Assembly (NCBI RefSeq): GCF_022846255.1
Contig: NZ_AP025682.1
DNA from: Escherichia coli
GTDB taxonomy: Bacteria > Pseudomonadota > Gammaproteobacteria > Enterobacterales > Enterobacteriaceae
Reading direction: 5' to 3' (one strand)
Length of the DNA: 64,000 nucleotides
Positions 38,636-55,264 of the stretch are shown one piece after another. The translations under genes and the position numbers were made by a program. The notes below the pieces were generated by a model. It did not search any database. It saw only the letters and a program-made list of their open reading frames with translations, and was not told the origin of the DNA. The number at the start of each line of letters is the position of its first letter. Position 1 is the stretch's first letter.

Positions 38636-38673
38636 CTCTGCCGCTTCCTTAGTTCTGCAAAACGAAGTGGGGA

Positions 38674-39291
38674 TTATTCTTCAATCGCTAACAATTGCAA
38701 TGAACCACGGCTAAAATCCGCCAGCTTTGCGGAAAATTCAGCCACTTTCGCCGCCGGAAGCGCCACCCGCAGCAGAACGAATGCCTGATAATCACTGTTG
38801 ATAATTTTGCCGTCACACTGCCCCAGCAACGCTTCAATGCCGGTTAACTGACTATATTCACATTGCAAAGTATATTCGGTTAATGGTGTCTTGCGTTGGG
38901 TCGTTAGCTGGCGCAGCGCCTGATTCACGCCGCCGCCATACGCTTTCACTAACCCACCGGTGCCCAGCAATATGCCGCCGTAGTAGCGCACCACCACAGC
39001 GGTAATTTCCCCGACGCCGCTGCCCATTAGCTGGGCGAGCATCGGTTTACCTGCCGTTCCCGCCGGCTCCCCGTCGTCAGAGAAACCCAGCTGTTGAGAA
39101 TCATCCGGCGCACCCGCCACCCACGCCACGCAATGGTGGCGGGCATCGGGGTGCTCTGCCCGCACCGATTCAACAAACGCTTTTGCCGCCTCAACGCCAT
39201 CGGTATGCGCCAACAGCGTAATGAAGCGGCTCTTTTTGATCTCTTCAACGACCGTGACCGGTGCCGCAGGAATTAACCAGCTTTCCATCAC
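38674..39291 (-). CDS. yigZ: IMPACT-family protein YigZ
   Basis: 205 aa; overlaps pepQ start by 4 bp. Confidence 0.9.
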   Translation of the reverse strand: MMESWLIPAAPVTVVEEIKKSRFITLLAHTDGVEAAKAFVESVRAEHPDARHHCVAWVAGAPDDSQQLGFSDDGEPAGTAGKPMLAQLMGSGVGEITAVVVRYYGGILLGTGGLVKAYGGGVNQALRQLTTQRKTPLTEYTLQCEYSQLTGIEALLGQCDGKIINSDYQAFVLLRVALPAAKVAEFSAKLADFSRGSLQLLAIEE

Positions 39292-40619
39292 GCCAGTTTC
39301 AGATCCCGGGTCATGTTTTCCACGTTGTTTTCGTGAATCACCACGTTGTCTTCGATACGAATGCCGCCGAACGGTTTCAGTGCTTCAATTTTCTGCCAGT
39401 TGAAGTGTTTGCTGAACTGCCCTTCACGCCACGGTGCCAGAAGCGATTCGATGAAGTAGATACCCGGTTCGATGGTTAACACCATGCCCGGCTGGAGAAT
39501 ACGGGTGCAGCGCAGGTACGGATATTTTGCCGGTGCCGCGAGGTGCGTACCGCTATCATCCTGCATAAAACCGGCTACGTCATGCACCTGCAGGCCCAGC
39601 GGATGGCCGATACCGTGCGGCATAAACGGTCCGGTGAGATCGTTTTCGACCATCGCTTCTTCACTCATATCGGTGATGATTTGATGTTTACGCAGCAGTT
39701 TGGCGATGCGCTGATGGAACTGGATGTGGTAATCCACATAGCTGACGCCTGCTTTCATGGTGGCGATCAGCGCAAGTTGCTCATCATTTACGTCTTTCAC
39801 CAGCTGTGCGTAGTCGTTGTCGCTTTTTGCCGACCAGGTACGGGTTAGATCAGCCGCATAGCCGTTATATTCGGCCCCGGCATCCAGCAGGAAGCTGCGC
39901 ATCTCTTCCGGTGCCTGGTGGTCCAGTTTGGTGTAATGCAACACCGCAGCGTGTTCGTTAAGCGCCACAATGTTGCTATAAGGTACGTCGGTATCACGAT
40001 GACCGGTCGCGGTCAGATAGGCAATGTTGATATCGAACTCGCTCATGCCAGAACGGAACGCTTCTTCTGCCGCACGATGACCGTTGACCGCCATTTTCTG
40101 CGCTTCACGCATACAGGCCAGTTCGTACTCGGTTTTGAAGGAGCGATAGTAATGCAGGTAGTCGATCACCCCTTTCGGGTTGATATTGCTGGCCTCAATA
40201 CCCAGTTGCAGCGCACGTTCTGGCACCGGACCGATATAACCGATATTGCCGCGCGCAGCAGGCAACAGACTACCAATGCCATCGGCTTTCGGCAGCGCGA
40301 TCACTTCTACATCTTCAGTCCAGAAGGAGTTCGGCAGCGGTTCGACGTTGTGCCAGTAATCAACCGGCAGATAGAACCACAGTTTCGGCTTATTCACGCC
40401 ATCCACCAGCAGCCAGCAGTTTGGCACCTGAGTTACTGGCACCCACGCTTTGAATTGCGGGTTCACTTTAAACGGATAGGGATGATCGTCGAGAAAAACG
40501 TTGAACAGTTCGCCGGAGTGAATAAGTAACGCATCCAGCCTGAAGCGCGCCAGCGCATCGCGAGTCCGTTCCTGTAAGGTAGCTATATGATTTTTATAGA
40601 GCGAGGCCAGTGATTCCAT
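39288..40619 (-). CDS. pepQ: Xaa-Pro dipeptidase (prolidase)
   Basis: 443 aa [26 protein letters not shown]; M24 metallopeptidase motifs. Confidence 0.95.
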   Translation of the reverse strand: MESLASLYKNHIATLQERTRDALARFRLDALLIHSGELFNVFLDDHPYPFKVNPQFKAWVPVTQVPNCWLLVDGVNKPKLWFYLPVDYWHNVEPLPNSFWTEDVEVIALPKADGIGSLLPAARGNIGYIGPVPERALQLGIEASNINPKGVIDYLHYYRSFKTEYELACMREAQKMAVNGHRAAEEAFRSGMSEFDINIAYLTATGHRDTDVPYSNIVALNEHAAVLHYTKLDHQAPEEMRSFLLDAGAEYNGYAADLTRTWSAKSDNDYAQLVKDVNDEQLALIATMKAGVSYVDYHIQFHQRIAKLLRKHQIITDMSEEAMVENDLTGPFMPHGIGHPLGLQVHDVAGFMQDDSGTHLAAPAKYPYLRCTRILQPGMVLTIEPGIYFIESLLAPWREGQFSKHFNWQKIEALKPFGGIRIEDNVVIHENNVENMTRDLKLA

Positions 40620-40766
40620 TTTTTACCCTTCTGTTTTTTTGACCTTAAGTCTCCGCATATTAGCACATCGTTCATCCAGAGCGTGATTTCTGCCGAGCGT
40701 GATCAGATCGGCATTTCCTTAATATTTTATTTGCATATTTTTAACACAAAATACACACTTCGATGC

Positions 40767-40783
40767 ATCTGGTACGACCAGAT
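40767..40783. promoter_or_regulatory. FadR operator in fadBA promoter
   Basis: Perfect palindrome ATCTGGTACGACCAGAT ~25 bp upstream of fadB ATG. Confidence 0.7.
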
Positions 40784-40808
40784 CACCTTGCGGATTCAGG
40801 AGACTGAC

Positions 40809-42998
40809 ATGCTTTACAAAGGCGACACCCTGTACCTTGACTGGCTGGAAGATGGCATTGCCGAACTGGTATTTGATGCCCCAGGTTCAGTTAATAAACT
40901 CGACACTGCGACCGTCGCCAGCCTCGGCGAGGCCATCGGCGTACTGGAACAGCAATCAGATCTAAAAGGGCTGCTGCTGCGTTCGAACAAAGCAGCCTTT
41001 ATCGTCGGTGCTGATATCACCGAATTTTTGTCCCTGTTCCTCGTTCCTGAAGAACAGTTAAGTCAGTGGCTGCACTTTGCCAATAGCGTGTTTAATCGCC
41101 TGGAAGATCTCCCGGTGCCGACCATTGCTGCCGTCAACGGCTATGCGCTGGGCGGTGGCTGCGAATGCGTGCTGGCGACCGATTATCGTCTGGCGACGCC
41201 GGATCTGCGCATCGGTCTGCCGGAAACCAAACTGGGCATCATGCCGGGCTTTGGCGGTTCTGTACGTATGCCACGTATGCTCGGTGCTGACAGTGCGCTG
41301 GAAATCATTGCCGCCGGTAAAGATGTCGGCGCGGATCAGGCGCTGAAAATCGGTCTGGTGGATGGTGTAGTCAAAGCAGAAAAACTGGTTGAAGGGGCGA
41401 TGGCGATTTTACGCCAGGCCATTAACGGCGACCTCGACTGGAAAGCAAAACGTCAGCCGAAGCTGGAACCGCTAAAACTGAGCAAGATTGAAGCCGCCAT
41501 GAGCTTCACCATCGCTAAAGGGATGGTCGCGCAAACGGCGGGGAAACATTATCCGGCCCCCATCACCGCAGTAAAAACCATTGAAGCGGCGGCCCGTTTT
41601 GGTCGTGAAGAAGCCTTAAACCTGGAAAACAAAAGTTTTGTCCCGCTGGCGCATACCAACGAAGCCCGCGCACTGGTCGGCATTTTCCTTAACGATCAAT
41701 ATGTAAAAGGTAAAGCGAAGAAACTCACCAAAGATGTTGAAACCCCGAAACAGGCCGCTGTGCTGGGCGCAGGCATTATGGGCGGCGGCATCGCCTACCA
41801 GTCTGCGTGGAAAGGCGTGCCGGTTGTCATGAAAGATATCAACGACAAGTCGTTAACCCTCGGCATGACCGAAGCCGCGAAACTGCTGAACAAGCAGCTT
41901 GAGCGCGGCAAGATCGATGGTCTGAAACTGGCTGGCGTGATCTCCACAATTCACCCAACGCTCGACTACGCCGGGTTTGACCGCGTGGATGTTGTGGTAG
42001 AAGCGGTTGTTGAAAACCCGAAAGTGAAAAAAGCCGTGCTGGCAGAAACCGAGCAGAAAGTACGCCCGGATACCGTACTGGCGTCTAACACTTCAACCAT
42101 TCCTATCAGCGAACTGGCCAACGCGCTGGAACGTCCGGAAAACTTCTGCGGGATGCACTTCTTTAACCCGGTCCACCGAATGCCGTTAGTAGAAATTATT
42201 CGCGGCGAGAAAAGCTCCGACGAAACCATCGCGAAAGTCGTCGCCTGGGCGAGCAAGATGGGCAAAACGCCGATTGTGGTTAACGACTGCCCCGGCTTCT
42301 TCGTCAACCGTGTACTGTTCCCCTATTTCGCCGGTTTCAGCCAGTTGCTGCGCGACGGCGCGGATTTCCGCAAGATCGACAAAGTGATGGAAAAACAGTT
42401 TGGCTGGCCGATGGGTCCGGCATATCTGCTGGATGTTGTGGGCATTGACACCGCGCATCACGCCCAGGCTGTCATGGCAGCAGGCTTCCCGCAGCGGATG
42501 CAGAAAGATTATCGCGATGCCATCGACGCGCTGTTTAATGCCAACCGCTTTGGTCAGAAGAACGGCCTCGGTTTCTGGCGTTATAAAGAAGACAGCAAAG
42601 GTAAGCCGAAGAAAGAAGAAGATGCCGTCGTTGACGACCTGCTGGCAGAGGTCAGCCACGCAAAGCGCGATTTCAGCGAAGAAGAGATTATCGCCCGCAT
42701 GATGATCCCGATGGTCAACGAAGTGGTCCGCTGTCTGGAAGAGGGCATTATCGCCACTCCGGCAGAAGCGGATATGGCGCTGGTCTACGGCCTGGGCTTC
42801 CCTCCGTTCCACGGCGGCGCGTTCCGCTGGCTGGACACCCTCGGCAGCGCAAAATACCTCGATATGGCACAGCAATATCAGCACCTCGGCCCGCTGTATG
42901 AAGTACCGGAAGGTCTGCGTAATAAAGCACGTCATAACGAACCGTACTATCCCCCGGTTGAGCCAGCCCGTCCGGTTGGCGACCTGAAAACGGCTTAA
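40809..42998 (+). CDS. fadB: fatty acid oxidation complex alpha subunit (enoyl-CoA hydratase / 3-hydroxyacyl-CoA dehydrogenase)
   Basis: Start at ATG 40809 ([32 protein letters not shown]), 729 aa; NAD-binding [10 protein letters not shown]. Confidence 0.97.
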   Translation: MLYKGDTLYLDWLEDGIAELVFDAPGSVNKLDTATVASLGEAIGVLEQQSDLKGLLLRSNKAAFIVGADITEFLSLFLVPEEQLSQWLHFANSVFNRLEDLPVPTIAAVNGYALGGGCECVLATDYRLATPDLRIGLPETKLGIMPGFGGSVRMPRMLGADSALEIIAAGKDVGADQALKIGLVDGVVKAEKLVEGAMAILRQAINGDLDWKAKRQPKLEPLKLSKIEAAMSFTIAKGMVAQTAGKHYPAPITAVKTIEAAARFGREEALNLENKSFVPLAHTNEARALVGIFLNDQYVKGKAKKLTKDVETPKQAAVLGAGIMGGGIAYQSAWKGVPVVMKDINDKSLTLGMTEAAKLLNKQLERGKIDGLKLAGVISTIHPTLDYAGFDRVDVVVEAVVENPKVKKAVLAETEQKVRPDTVLASNTSTIPISELANALERPENFCGMHFFNPVHRMPLVEIIRGEKSSDETIAKVVAWASKMGKTPIVVNDCPGFFVNRVLFPYFAGFSQLLRDGADFRKIDKVMEKQFGWPMGPAYLLDVVGIDTAHHAQAVMAAGFPQRMQKDYRDAIDALFNANRFGQKNGLGFWRYKEDSKGKPKKEEDAVVDDLLAEVSHAKRDFSEEEIIARMMIPMVNEVVRCLEEGIIATPAEADMALVYGLGFPPFHGGAFRWLDTLGSAKYLDMAQQYQHLGPLYEVPEGLRNKARHNEPYYPPVEPARPVGDLKTA

Positions 42999-44171
<1,173 letters not shown>

Positions 44172-44174
44172 CCA

Positions 44175-44290
44175 CTTGCCGGATGCGGCGTGAACGCCTT
44201 ATCCGGCCTACCGATCCTGCACCCATGTGGGTCTGATAAGAAGCGCCAGCGTCGCATCAGGCATCGTGCATCGATTGCCGGATGCGACAT
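44175..44290. repeat. BIME (REP cluster) downstream of fadA
   Basis: GCCGGATGCGGCGTGAACGCCTTATCCGGCCTAC, CTGATAAGAAGCGCCAGCGTCGCATCAGGC, GCCGGATGCGACA units. Confidence 0.7.
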
Positions 44291-44331
44291 AGATCTAAAT
44301 GCCACTGTATAAAGTTTTAGTTGCCGTTCTT

Positions 44332-44358
44332 CCCGCCTGTCAGGGGCGGGTTTTTTAT
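44332..44358 (+). terminator. fadBA rho-independent terminator
   Basis: Hairpin CCCGCC-TGTCAGG-GGCGGG followed by TTTTTT. Confidence 0.6.
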
Positions 44359-44361
44359 ATC

Positions 44362-45063
44362 TCAGATAAATGCAAACGCATCGCCAAACAGGCGATCTTC
44401 CCGCGCATTACGCTCGCTGCAAAACAGGTCACGGGCAATTTTCGCCATCTCAAAACGTCCGGCAATATAGATATCATGCTCTGCCAGCGTACCATGATCC
44501 TGCAATACCGCCGTTAACACGGTGCCAGTACGCCCACGCCAGCCCGCTTCCGGTTGTTCAACCACCGGCACCACTTGTAGACCAGGATGCTTCAACGAAA
44601 GCGCCTCAAGCTCGCAGAGATCATACAGATGCTGCTCTTCACGCCCGCCCCAGTAAATGGTGATATCACGGTTTGGGTTACGCGCCAACGCTGTCAGCAA
44701 AATCGAGCGGGCATAAGAGAACCCGGTGCCGCCCGCAATCAAAATCATCGGACGCTCTTCATCATCGCGCAGCCACGCTTCTCCGTGGGGAATATCGACC
44801 ACGATTTGATGATCTTTGAGGATGCGGTCCATGACTGCTTTCGCGTAAAGGTTGATTTCAGAAGCGCCAATATGCAGCTCGATAAACCCTTTTTCATCTG
44901 GCGTCGAAGCCATTGAGAACGGACGTTTGTCGCGCTCATCCATCACTACCATCAAATACTGACCAGCACGAAAAGAAAAGGCCGCGTCTGGCACGATGCG
45001 GACACGATATACGGTATCCGTGATAGCTTCTACCGAGGTCACTTTACAGCTTAAGGTTGTCAT
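44362..45063 (-). CDS. fre: NAD(P)H-flavin reductase
   Basis: Start at [21 protein letters not shown] (233 aa); FNR-like RxYS and GGTG motifs. Confidence 0.92.
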
Positions 45064-45108
45064 GCGCTTTCTCTGTCGGATCGATAAATAGGGCAAAACA
45101 AACGCGCA

Positions 45109-46602
45109 TCAGGCGCTTTTACCGTTGTTAAAAATAGCCAGTTCATCCCAAATGGCGTCAATATGCGCGACAACATCTGGATCTTTTTTGATGGGACGTC
45201 CCCATTCACGCTGGGTTTCCCCCGGCCATTTATTCGTGGCATCCAGCCCCATTTTTGAACCCAGCCCGGAGACAGGGGAGGCAAAATCCAGATAATCAAT
45301 AGGCGTATTTTCTACCAGAACGGTATCCCGCGCCGGGTCCATACGGGTGGTAATCGCCCAAATCACATCGTTCCAGTCGCGGGCGTTGACGTCATCATCG
45401 CAAACGATCACAAATTTAGTGTACATAAACTGGCGTAAGAACGACCAGACGCCCATCATGACGCGCTTCGCGTGTCCGGCATACTGTTTTTTGATCGTCA
45501 CTACCGCCAGGCGATAAGAACAGCCTTCCGGCGGCAGATAAAAATCGACAATTTCCGGGAACTGTTTTTGCAGAATCGGCACGAACACTTCGTTCAGTGC
45601 TACGCCCAGTACCGCAGGTTCATCTGGCGGACGCCCGGTATAGGTGGAATGATAAATCGCATCTTCACGCTGGGTAATATGCGTCACGGTAAATACCGGG
45701 AAACTATCGACTTCGTTATAGTAACCGGTGTGGTCGCCATACGGCCCTTCCGGCGCAGTTTCGCCTTGTTCGATATACCCTTCCAGCACAATCTCCGCAC
45801 TGGCGGGCACTTCAAGGTCATTGGAGATACACTTCACCACTTCGGTCTTGGTGCCGCGCAGCAATCCGGCAAACGCATACTCTGAAAGCGTATCCGGAAC
45901 GGGGGTGACTGCACCGAGAATCGTGGCAGGATCGGCACCCAGCGCCACAGAAACCGGGAAACGTTCGCCCGGATGCGCCGCACACCACTCCTGATAATCC
46001 AACGCGCCGCCGCGATGCGACAGCCAGCGCATAATCAGTTTGTTTTTACCAATTAGCTGCTGGCGATAAATGCCCAGATTCTGCCGCTCTTTATGCGGGC
46101 CGCGCGTTACGGTGAGCCCCCAGGTAATCAGCGGCGCGGCATCTTCCGGCCAGCAGGTCATAATGGGAATACGATTGAGATCGACGTCATCGCCAGAGAC
46201 GATTTTTTGTTGGCAGGGCGCACCACGCAGTCGCTTTGTCGGCATGTTCAATACTTGCTTAAACTGCGGCAGTTTATCAAACAGGTCGCGGAAACCTTTT
46301 GGCGGCTCCGGCTCTTTCAGAAACGCCAATAATTTACCAACTTCACGCAGCGCCGAAACATCTTCCTGCCCCATGCCCATCGCCACGCGCTTTGGCGTAC
46401 CGAACAGGTTGCACAGCACCGGCATTGAGTAGCCTTTAGGGTTTTCGAACAACAGCGCAGGCCCACCGGCACGCAAAGTGCGGTCAGCAATTTCAGTGAT
46501 TTCCAGGTGCGGATCCACCGGGAGCGTGATACGTTTTAGCTCACCCTGCTGTTCAAGCAGCGTCAAGAAGTCGCGTAAATCGTTATATTTCATGGCGTCC
46601 AT
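45109..46602 (-). CDS. ubiD: 3-octaprenyl-4-hydroxybenzoate decarboxylase
   Basis: 497 aa [26 protein letters not shown]. Confidence 0.95.
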   Translation of the reverse strand: MDAMKYNDLRDFLTLLEQQGELKRITLPVDPHLEITEIADRTLRAGGPALLFENPKGYSMPVLCNLFGTPKRVAMGMGQEDVSALREVGKLLAFLKEPEPPKGFRDLFDKLPQFKQVLNMPTKRLRGAPCQQKIVSGDDVDLNRIPIMTCWPEDAAPLITWGLTVTRGPHKERQNLGIYRQQLIGKNKLIMRWLSHRGGALDYQEWCAAHPGERFPVSVALGADPATILGAVTPVPDTLSEYAFAGLLRGTKTEVVKCISNDLEVPASAEIVLEGYIEQGETAPEGPYGDHTGYYNEVDSFPVFTVTHITQREDAIYHSTYTGRPPDEPAVLGVALNEVFVPILQKQFPEIVDFYLPPEGCSYRLAVVTIKKQYAGHAKRVMMGVWSFLRQFMYTKFVIVCDDDVNARDWNDVIWAITTRMDPARDTVLVENTPIDYLDFASPVSGLGSKMGLDATNKWPGETQREWGRPIKKDPDVVAHIDAIWDELAIFNNGKSA

Positions 46603-46723
46603 TGTAGCCTCTTAATCTGCGCCCATTATACGGCGTTCATCTTTGCGATGCTGTAAATTTGTTAAATTAGCGTGAACTCTGACGGTATAACGCAAACCGG
46701 GGAATATAATTAACTTAGCGTAA

Positions 46724-48036
<1,313 letters not shown>

Positions 48037-48077
48037 CCTGTACTCCATATGACAACCGCCCTGACGGGCGGTTGAAT

Positions 48078-48854
48078 TTATTCTTCAGTTTTTTCGCTTT
48101 CTGCTTCAGCGTCGTTTTCCTCTTCCCGGTTTCGCCCTTTACCAACGTAAAAGCGTGAGAAGAAGACACCGATTTCAAACAGGCAGTACATCGGGATCGC
48201 CAACAGCGTTTGCGAGAAGACATCCGGCGGCGTCAGCAACATCCCGACAACGAATGCACCAACCAGCACATACGGGCGTTTTTTGCGTAAGTCTTCTGGC
48301 GAGGTAATCCCCATCCAGCACAGCAGCACAATTGCCACCGGCACTTCAAAGGAGACACCAAACGCCATAAACAGCGCCATAACGAAGCTTAAATAGCTCG
48401 CAATGTCGGTGGATACCTGTACCCCTTCCGGCGCGGTATTGGCAAGGAAGCCAAATGCCAGCGGAAAGACCACAAAGTAGGCGAACGCCATGCCGATATA
48501 AAACAGCAGAGAGCTGGAAACCAGCAGCGGCACCACCAGGCGACGTTCATGCTTATACAGCGCTGGGGCGATAAACGCCCACACCTGATAGAGAATCACC
48601 GGCGCTGACAGAATCAGCGACACCATAAAGGTCAGCTTGATCGGCGTAAAGAACGGCGAGGCCACGTCGGTGGCGATCATCGTTGAACCTTGCGGCAACT
48701 GCTTGATCAATGGCGCGGATACCAGGTGATAGATGTCATTGGCGAAATAGACCAGACACAGGAATATCACGATCACCGAGATAATGCAGTTCAGCAGACG
48801 CTTACGCAGCTCAATCAGATGCGTGATAAGCGGTTGAGTATCTTCTACAGACAT
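48078..48854 (-). CDS. tatC: twin-arginine translocase subunit TatC
   Basis: 258 aa, six TM segments. Confidence 0.95.
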   Translation of the reverse strand: MSVEDTQPLITHLIELRKRLLNCIISVIVIFLCLVYFANDIYHLVSAPLIKQLPQGSTMIATDVASPFFTPIKLTFMVSLILSAPVILYQVWAFIAPALYKHERRLVVPLLVSSSLLFYIGMAFAYFVVFPLAFGFLANTAPEGVQVSTDIASYLSFVMALFMAFGVSFEVPVAIVLLCWMGITSPEDLRKKRPYVLVGAFVVGMLLTPPDVFSQTLLAIPMYCLFEIGVFFSRFYVGKGRNREEENDAEAESEKTEE

Positions 48855-48856
48855 GT

Positions 48857-49372
48857 TTACGGTTTATCACTCGACGAAGGGGAAGGTGCAGCGGTTTTCG
48901 GTTCAGCGTCCGCAGCAGGTTTTACCACCGGCTCTGGCGTAGTTTCTGGCTTCTGTTCCGGCGAACTGGCCTGCGTTTGTGCAGCAGCAGGCGTTACGCC
49001 TTCATGCGCAGTTTCATTGTCTTTCACCACCGGGTTATGGATGGTGTGCGCTTCATCGCTCGCCTTTTCAGGATCGTTTGCAACGTAGGAACGCTTCATC
49101 GACTCCGCAGCCTGGCGTAATTCATCCATCGACGCTTTCAGTTCGGGCGTCAGGTTAGTGAGGCTCGCCTTTTCAACCTTTTTCAGACTGTCCTGAAACT
49201 CCTGGAGTTTTAACTCCTGGGTCAGTTCGTTCTGCACCGTTGTCGCCAGTGAACGCAACGCGCGAATCCAGCCCGCTACCGTTTTTACCGCCACAGGCAG
49301 TCGTTGCGGCCCCAGAACGACGAGGCCGATGATGAACACCAATAGCAGTTCGCTAAAACCGATATCAAACAC
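48857..49372 (-). CDS. tatB: twin-arginine translocase subunit TatB
   Basis: 171 aa [26 protein letters not shown]. Confidence 0.95.
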   Translation of the reverse strand: MFDIGFSELLLVFIIGLVVLGPQRLPVAVKTVAGWIRALRSLATTVQNELTQELKLQEFQDSLKKVEKASLTNLTPELKASMDELRQAAESMKRSYVANDPEKASDEAHTIHNPVVKDNETAHEGVTPAAAQTQASSPEQKPETTPEPVVKPAADAEPKTAAPSPSSSDKP

Positions 49373-49375
49373 AGA

Positions 49376-49645
49376 TTACACCTGCTCTTTATCGTGGCGC
49401 TTCGCGTCTTCTGTTTTAGCCTGTTCCTGATTCGTATCCGCCTGCTTATCGGCGATAGTTTTCGCAGTAAAATCAGCATCCTGGCTGGTTTTATCCTGCT
49501 TTGGTTCATCATCGCTCATTGCTTTTTTAAAGCCTTTGATCGACGCACCAAGATCGGAACCGATGGAGCCGAGCTTTTTGGTGCCAAAAAGCAGTACAAC
49601 GATGACGGCAATAATCAATAACTGCCAAATACTGATACCACCCAT
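49376..49645 (-). CDS. tatA: twin-arginine translocase subunit TatA
   Basis: Start at [27 protein letters not shown] (89 aa). Confidence 0.92.
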   Translation of the reverse strand: MGGISIWQLLIIAVIVVLLFGTKKLGSIGSDLGASIKGFKKAMSDDEPKQDKTSQDADFTAKTIADKQADTNQEQAKTEDAKRHDKEQV

Positions 49646-49723
49646 ACATGTTCCTCTGTGGTAGATGATGATTAAACAAAGCCGCATTATACGTTACACG
49701 GCCCGCCTTGAGCGATGAAAAAA

Positions 49724-51966
<2,243 letters not shown>

Positions 51967-51979
51967 TTCCGGTCTCCTG

Positions 51980-52735
51980 TCAGAACTTATAACCACGATG
52001 CAGCGCCACAACCCCTGCCGTCAGATTGTAGTAGTCGACACTTTCGAATCCGGCATCCTGCATCATGGTTTTCAGGGTATCCTGATCGGGATGCATACGG
52101 ATGGATTCTGCCAGATAACGGTAGCTGTCGGCGTCGTTCGCGACCAGTGAGCCAATACGCGGCAGCACATGGAAGGAGTATGCATCATAGGCTTTGCTCA
52201 GCGGCTCGATAATTGGCTTCGAGAACTCAAGTACCAGCAGGCGGCCGCCGGGTTTCAGCACGCGATACATTGAACGCAGTGCTTTATCTTTGTCGGTGAC
52301 GTTACGCAGACCAAACGAAATGGTGATGCAATCAAAGGTGTTATCCGGGAACGGCAGCGCCTCAGCGTTCGCCTGAACATACTCAACGTTGCCAATCACA
52401 CCGATATTACGCAGCTTCTCGCGGCCCATTTTGAGCATGGATTCATTGATATCAGCAAGGACCACTTTGCCAGTTTCTCCGACCAGGCGAGAGAATTTCG
52501 CTGTCAGGTCGCCGGTGCCACCAGCCAGATCCAGCACGGTCTGCCCACGGCGTACGCCGCTGCAATCAATCGTGAATCGCTTCCACAAACGATGAATACC
52601 GAATGACATCAAATCATTCATGACATCGTATTTTGATGCCACGGAATGGAAAACGTGGGCGACCATATCCGCTTTTTGTTCCTTCGCGACGGTCTGAAAA
52701 CCAAAGTGCGTCGTTTCTTGTGACTTATCCACCAT
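51980..52735 (-). CDS. ubiE: ubiquinone/menaquinone biosynthesis C-methyltransferase
   Basis: 251 aa; SAM-binding motif LDLAGGTGD. Confidence 0.95.
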
Positions 52736-52829
52736 CTCAATGCCTGCTCATCAAAAAATTGTTCCAGAAGTGTAACAGATTGGGCGTCGATGCCCTAGAT
52801 TTCTACCCGGCTTAACTACCCCCAATGGG

Positions 52830-54257
52830 CTAGCGCGACTGCTGATTATATTCATCATCGCGTTGATAAGCTTCATCATTCGGCTGCTCCGGAACCGACC
52901 GAAGTCGATACTCTTCATCCTGGCTCACCGCCTGTTCAGCCAAATCCGGATTAATCTCGCGTTTAATTTCTACCCCTAAACCGCGAAACGCTTCTGCCTG
53001 CGCCAGCACATTTCCGCGACCTGAAGAGAGTTTTTTCATTGCCTGGCGATAGTTATCCTGCGCTTTGTCGAGACTTTGACCAATCGCGGACATGTCATCG
53101 ACAAACAAACGCATCTTGTCGTACAGCTTGCTGGCACGATCGGCGATTTGCTGGGCGTTGCGGCTTTGATGCTCATAACGCCACAGGTTGGCGATAGTGC
53201 GCAGCGCCACCAGCAGCGTAGTCGGGCTAACCAGCATGATATTGTTTTTCAACGCTTCGGTGATCAGCTCCGGCTGACGGTCAAGCGCCAGTAAAAAAGC
53301 GGGTTCAACGGGAATAAACATCAGCACGTAATCCAGAGTTCGCAGCCCCGGCAGCTGTTGATAATCTTTGCGTCCCAGCAAACGGATATGGTTACGTACC
53401 GACGCGATATGTTCCTGTAGCGCGCTTTCACGGGAGTAGTCATCTTCGGCGTTGAAATAGCGTTCATAGGCGACCAGCGTCATTTTGGCGTCGATCACCA
53501 CATCTTTTCCCTGCGGCAACCGCACGATGACATCCGGCTGCATCCGCGAGCGGGCGTCATTTTCGATGCTGACCTGGGTTTCATATTCATACCCTTCACG
53601 CAGACCGGAAGCCTCCAGCACCCGCGTCAATACTACCTCGCCCCAGTTGCCCTGGGTTTTATTGTCGCCTTTCAGCGCACGCGTCAGGTTGATCGCTTCC
53701 TGGGCCATCTGGGCGTTGAGTTGCTGGAGGTTGCGGATTTCGTGAGTCAGGGTATGACGTTCTTGGGCTTCTTTACCAAAGCTGTCCTGGACCTGACGGC
53801 GGAAACCATCCAGTTGTTCACGCAACGGCGACAAAAGACTGTTCAGACTCTGGCGATTTTGCTCATCAACCCGACGATTACTGTGTTCAAAAATACGGTT
53901 GGCAAGGTTTTCAAATTGCTCACTGAGGCGCTGTTCGCTGTTGATCATCTGGCGAATTTTATCGTCAGCGTGTTGCTGTGCGGCTTCCATCCGCGTGGTC
54001 ACTTCACGCAGATCGGCCTCCAGCGAGGTGTTAATACTTTGCAGGCTGCGCACTTCGTTATTGAGCAATTCACACTCTGCGCGCCAGTGCTCGCTTTGGG
54101 TAATTTGTTGTTTTGCCGCGCTTAACTCCGCGACCATCTCTTCACGTTCAGCTAATTGCTCGGCTTTTTGCTGCGCATGTTGATAACTGGCAAACAGCCA
54201 GCCAATTGCCACACCCACCAATGCAATAACTGCGTAAACCATGATTGAGAAATCCAC
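52830..54257 (-). CDS. rmuC: DNA recombination protein RmuC
   Basis: 475 aa; N-terminal TM, long coiled-coil, C-terminal RmuC domain. Confidence 0.92.
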   Translation of the reverse strand: MDFSIMVYAVIALVGVAIGWLFASYQHAQQKAEQLAEREEMVAELSAAKQQITQSEHWRAECELLNNEVRSLQSINTSLEADLREVTTRMEAAQQHADDKIRQMINSEQRLSEQFENLANRIFEHSNRRVDEQNRQSLNSLLSPLREQLDGFRRQVQDSFGKEAQERHTLTHEIRNLQQLNAQMAQEAINLTRALKGDNKTQGNWGEVVLTRVLEASGLREGYEYETQVSIENDARSRMQPDVIVRLPQGKDVVIDAKMTLVAYERYFNAEDDYSRESALQEHIASVRNHIRLLGRKDYQQLPGLRTLDYVLMFIPVEPAFLLALDRQPELITEALKNNIMLVSPTTLLVALRTIANLWRYEHQSRNAQQIADRASKLYDKMRLFVDDMSAIGQSLDKAQDNYRQAMKKLSSGRGNVLAQAEAFRGLGVEIKREINPDLAEQAVSQDEEYRLRSVPEQPNDEAYQRDDEYNQQSR

Positions 54258-54376
54258 AACGCCTCCTGACGCAACAACTTACCCGCACAAAATAGAATTG
54301 TGCTGTACAAACGTCCAGTTTGAAAGAAGTTTCCTGCGAGGCGCTACGCAAAACGATCGTTAATTTTCATTATTTT

Positions 54377-54412
54377 ATCCCACAATATGAGATGGAGTTT
54401 ATATTGTGGGAT
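54377..54412. promoter_or_regulatory. Perfect 12 bp inverted repeat (ATCCCACAATAT-N12-ATATTGTGGGAT): candidate operator for the downstream IclR-family regulator
   Basis: Arms 54377-54388 and 54401-54412 are exact reverse complements; located ~60 bp upstream of the regulator ATG in an AT-rich divergent promoter region. Confidence 0.5.
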
Positions 54413-54473
54413 ATATCACCTTTTCCCCACGTCATTATGTGGAACACTTCAGCAATATCATCAGGAGAAACGT

Positions 54474-55241
54474 ATGGCAGAAACCTCTTCAACCACCGCA
54501 GGCGCACAAACGTTATTACGTGGACTGGCGGTTCTTAATGCTGTTTATAACGGCTGCCATGACCTAAAAAGTATCGGCGAGTTCACCGGCACGACCCGGA
54601 GCACAACCCATCGTTTAGTCACCGTTCTGGTGGAACAACGCTACCTGCGCCATGTCCCAACGCAGGGCTACCAACTGGGTGCCAAACTGATCGAATTTGG
54701 TGCCAGAGCACTGGAAAGCACCTCGCTGTACGAAATTGCCCAGCCCGTTTTGCAACGCCTTGCCCGTTACACCCTGGACACCGTGCATCTGGGGATCGTT
54801 GAAGGCGACGAAGTGCTGTATCTGGAGAAGATCAACAGTCAGCGCGGGCTGGAAATGCGCTCACGCCCAGGCCATCGCATGCCACTGGCAATCACCGGCA
54901 TCGGCAAGGCATTGATCCTCAACCGAACAGAAGAAGAGTGGCGCACGCTGTTTAAGACCTGTGGTGATGAAACAAAACTGGGCACATTTATTCAGAACAT
55001 GCGTCGTTATGCCGCCAGTGGTTTTGCTTTTGATCTGGAAGAGAACGAGCCGACTATCCGTTGCGTTGCAGCGCCGGTTTACAACGCCCGGGATGAAATT
55101 GTGGCGGCTATTTCTGTCGCCAGTACCACCACGTATATGTCGCTGGCGCGTCTGGAAGAACTGGCACCTTACGTCAAATCCTGTGCAGAAGAGATATCCG
55201 CTGAACTGGGCTGGGGTAAGCACGTCCGCAAAGATAAATAA
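54474..55241 (+). CDS. IclR-family transcriptional regulator (KdgR-like)
   Basis: Start taken at ATG 54474 (RBS AGGAG 8 bp upstream): MAETSSTTAGAQTLLRGLAVLNAVYNGCHDLKSIGEFTGTTRSTTHRLVTVL...; N-terminal wHTH plus C-terminal effector domain; ~255 aa. Confidence 0.8.
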   Translation: MAETSSTTAGAQTLLRGLAVLNAVYNGCHDLKSIGEFTGTTRSTTHRLVTVLVEQRYLRHVPTQGYQLGAKLIEFGARALESTSLYEIAQPVLQRLARYTLDTVHLGIVEGDEVLYLEKINSQRGLEMRSRPGHRMPLAITGIGKALILNRTEEEWRTLFKTCGDETKLGTFIQNMRRYAASGFAFDLEENEPTIRCVAAPVYNARDEIVAAISVASTTTYMSLARLEELAPYVKSCAEEISAELGWGKHVRKDK

Positions 55242-55264
55242 ACCATGATTAAAGGAAACGACTA

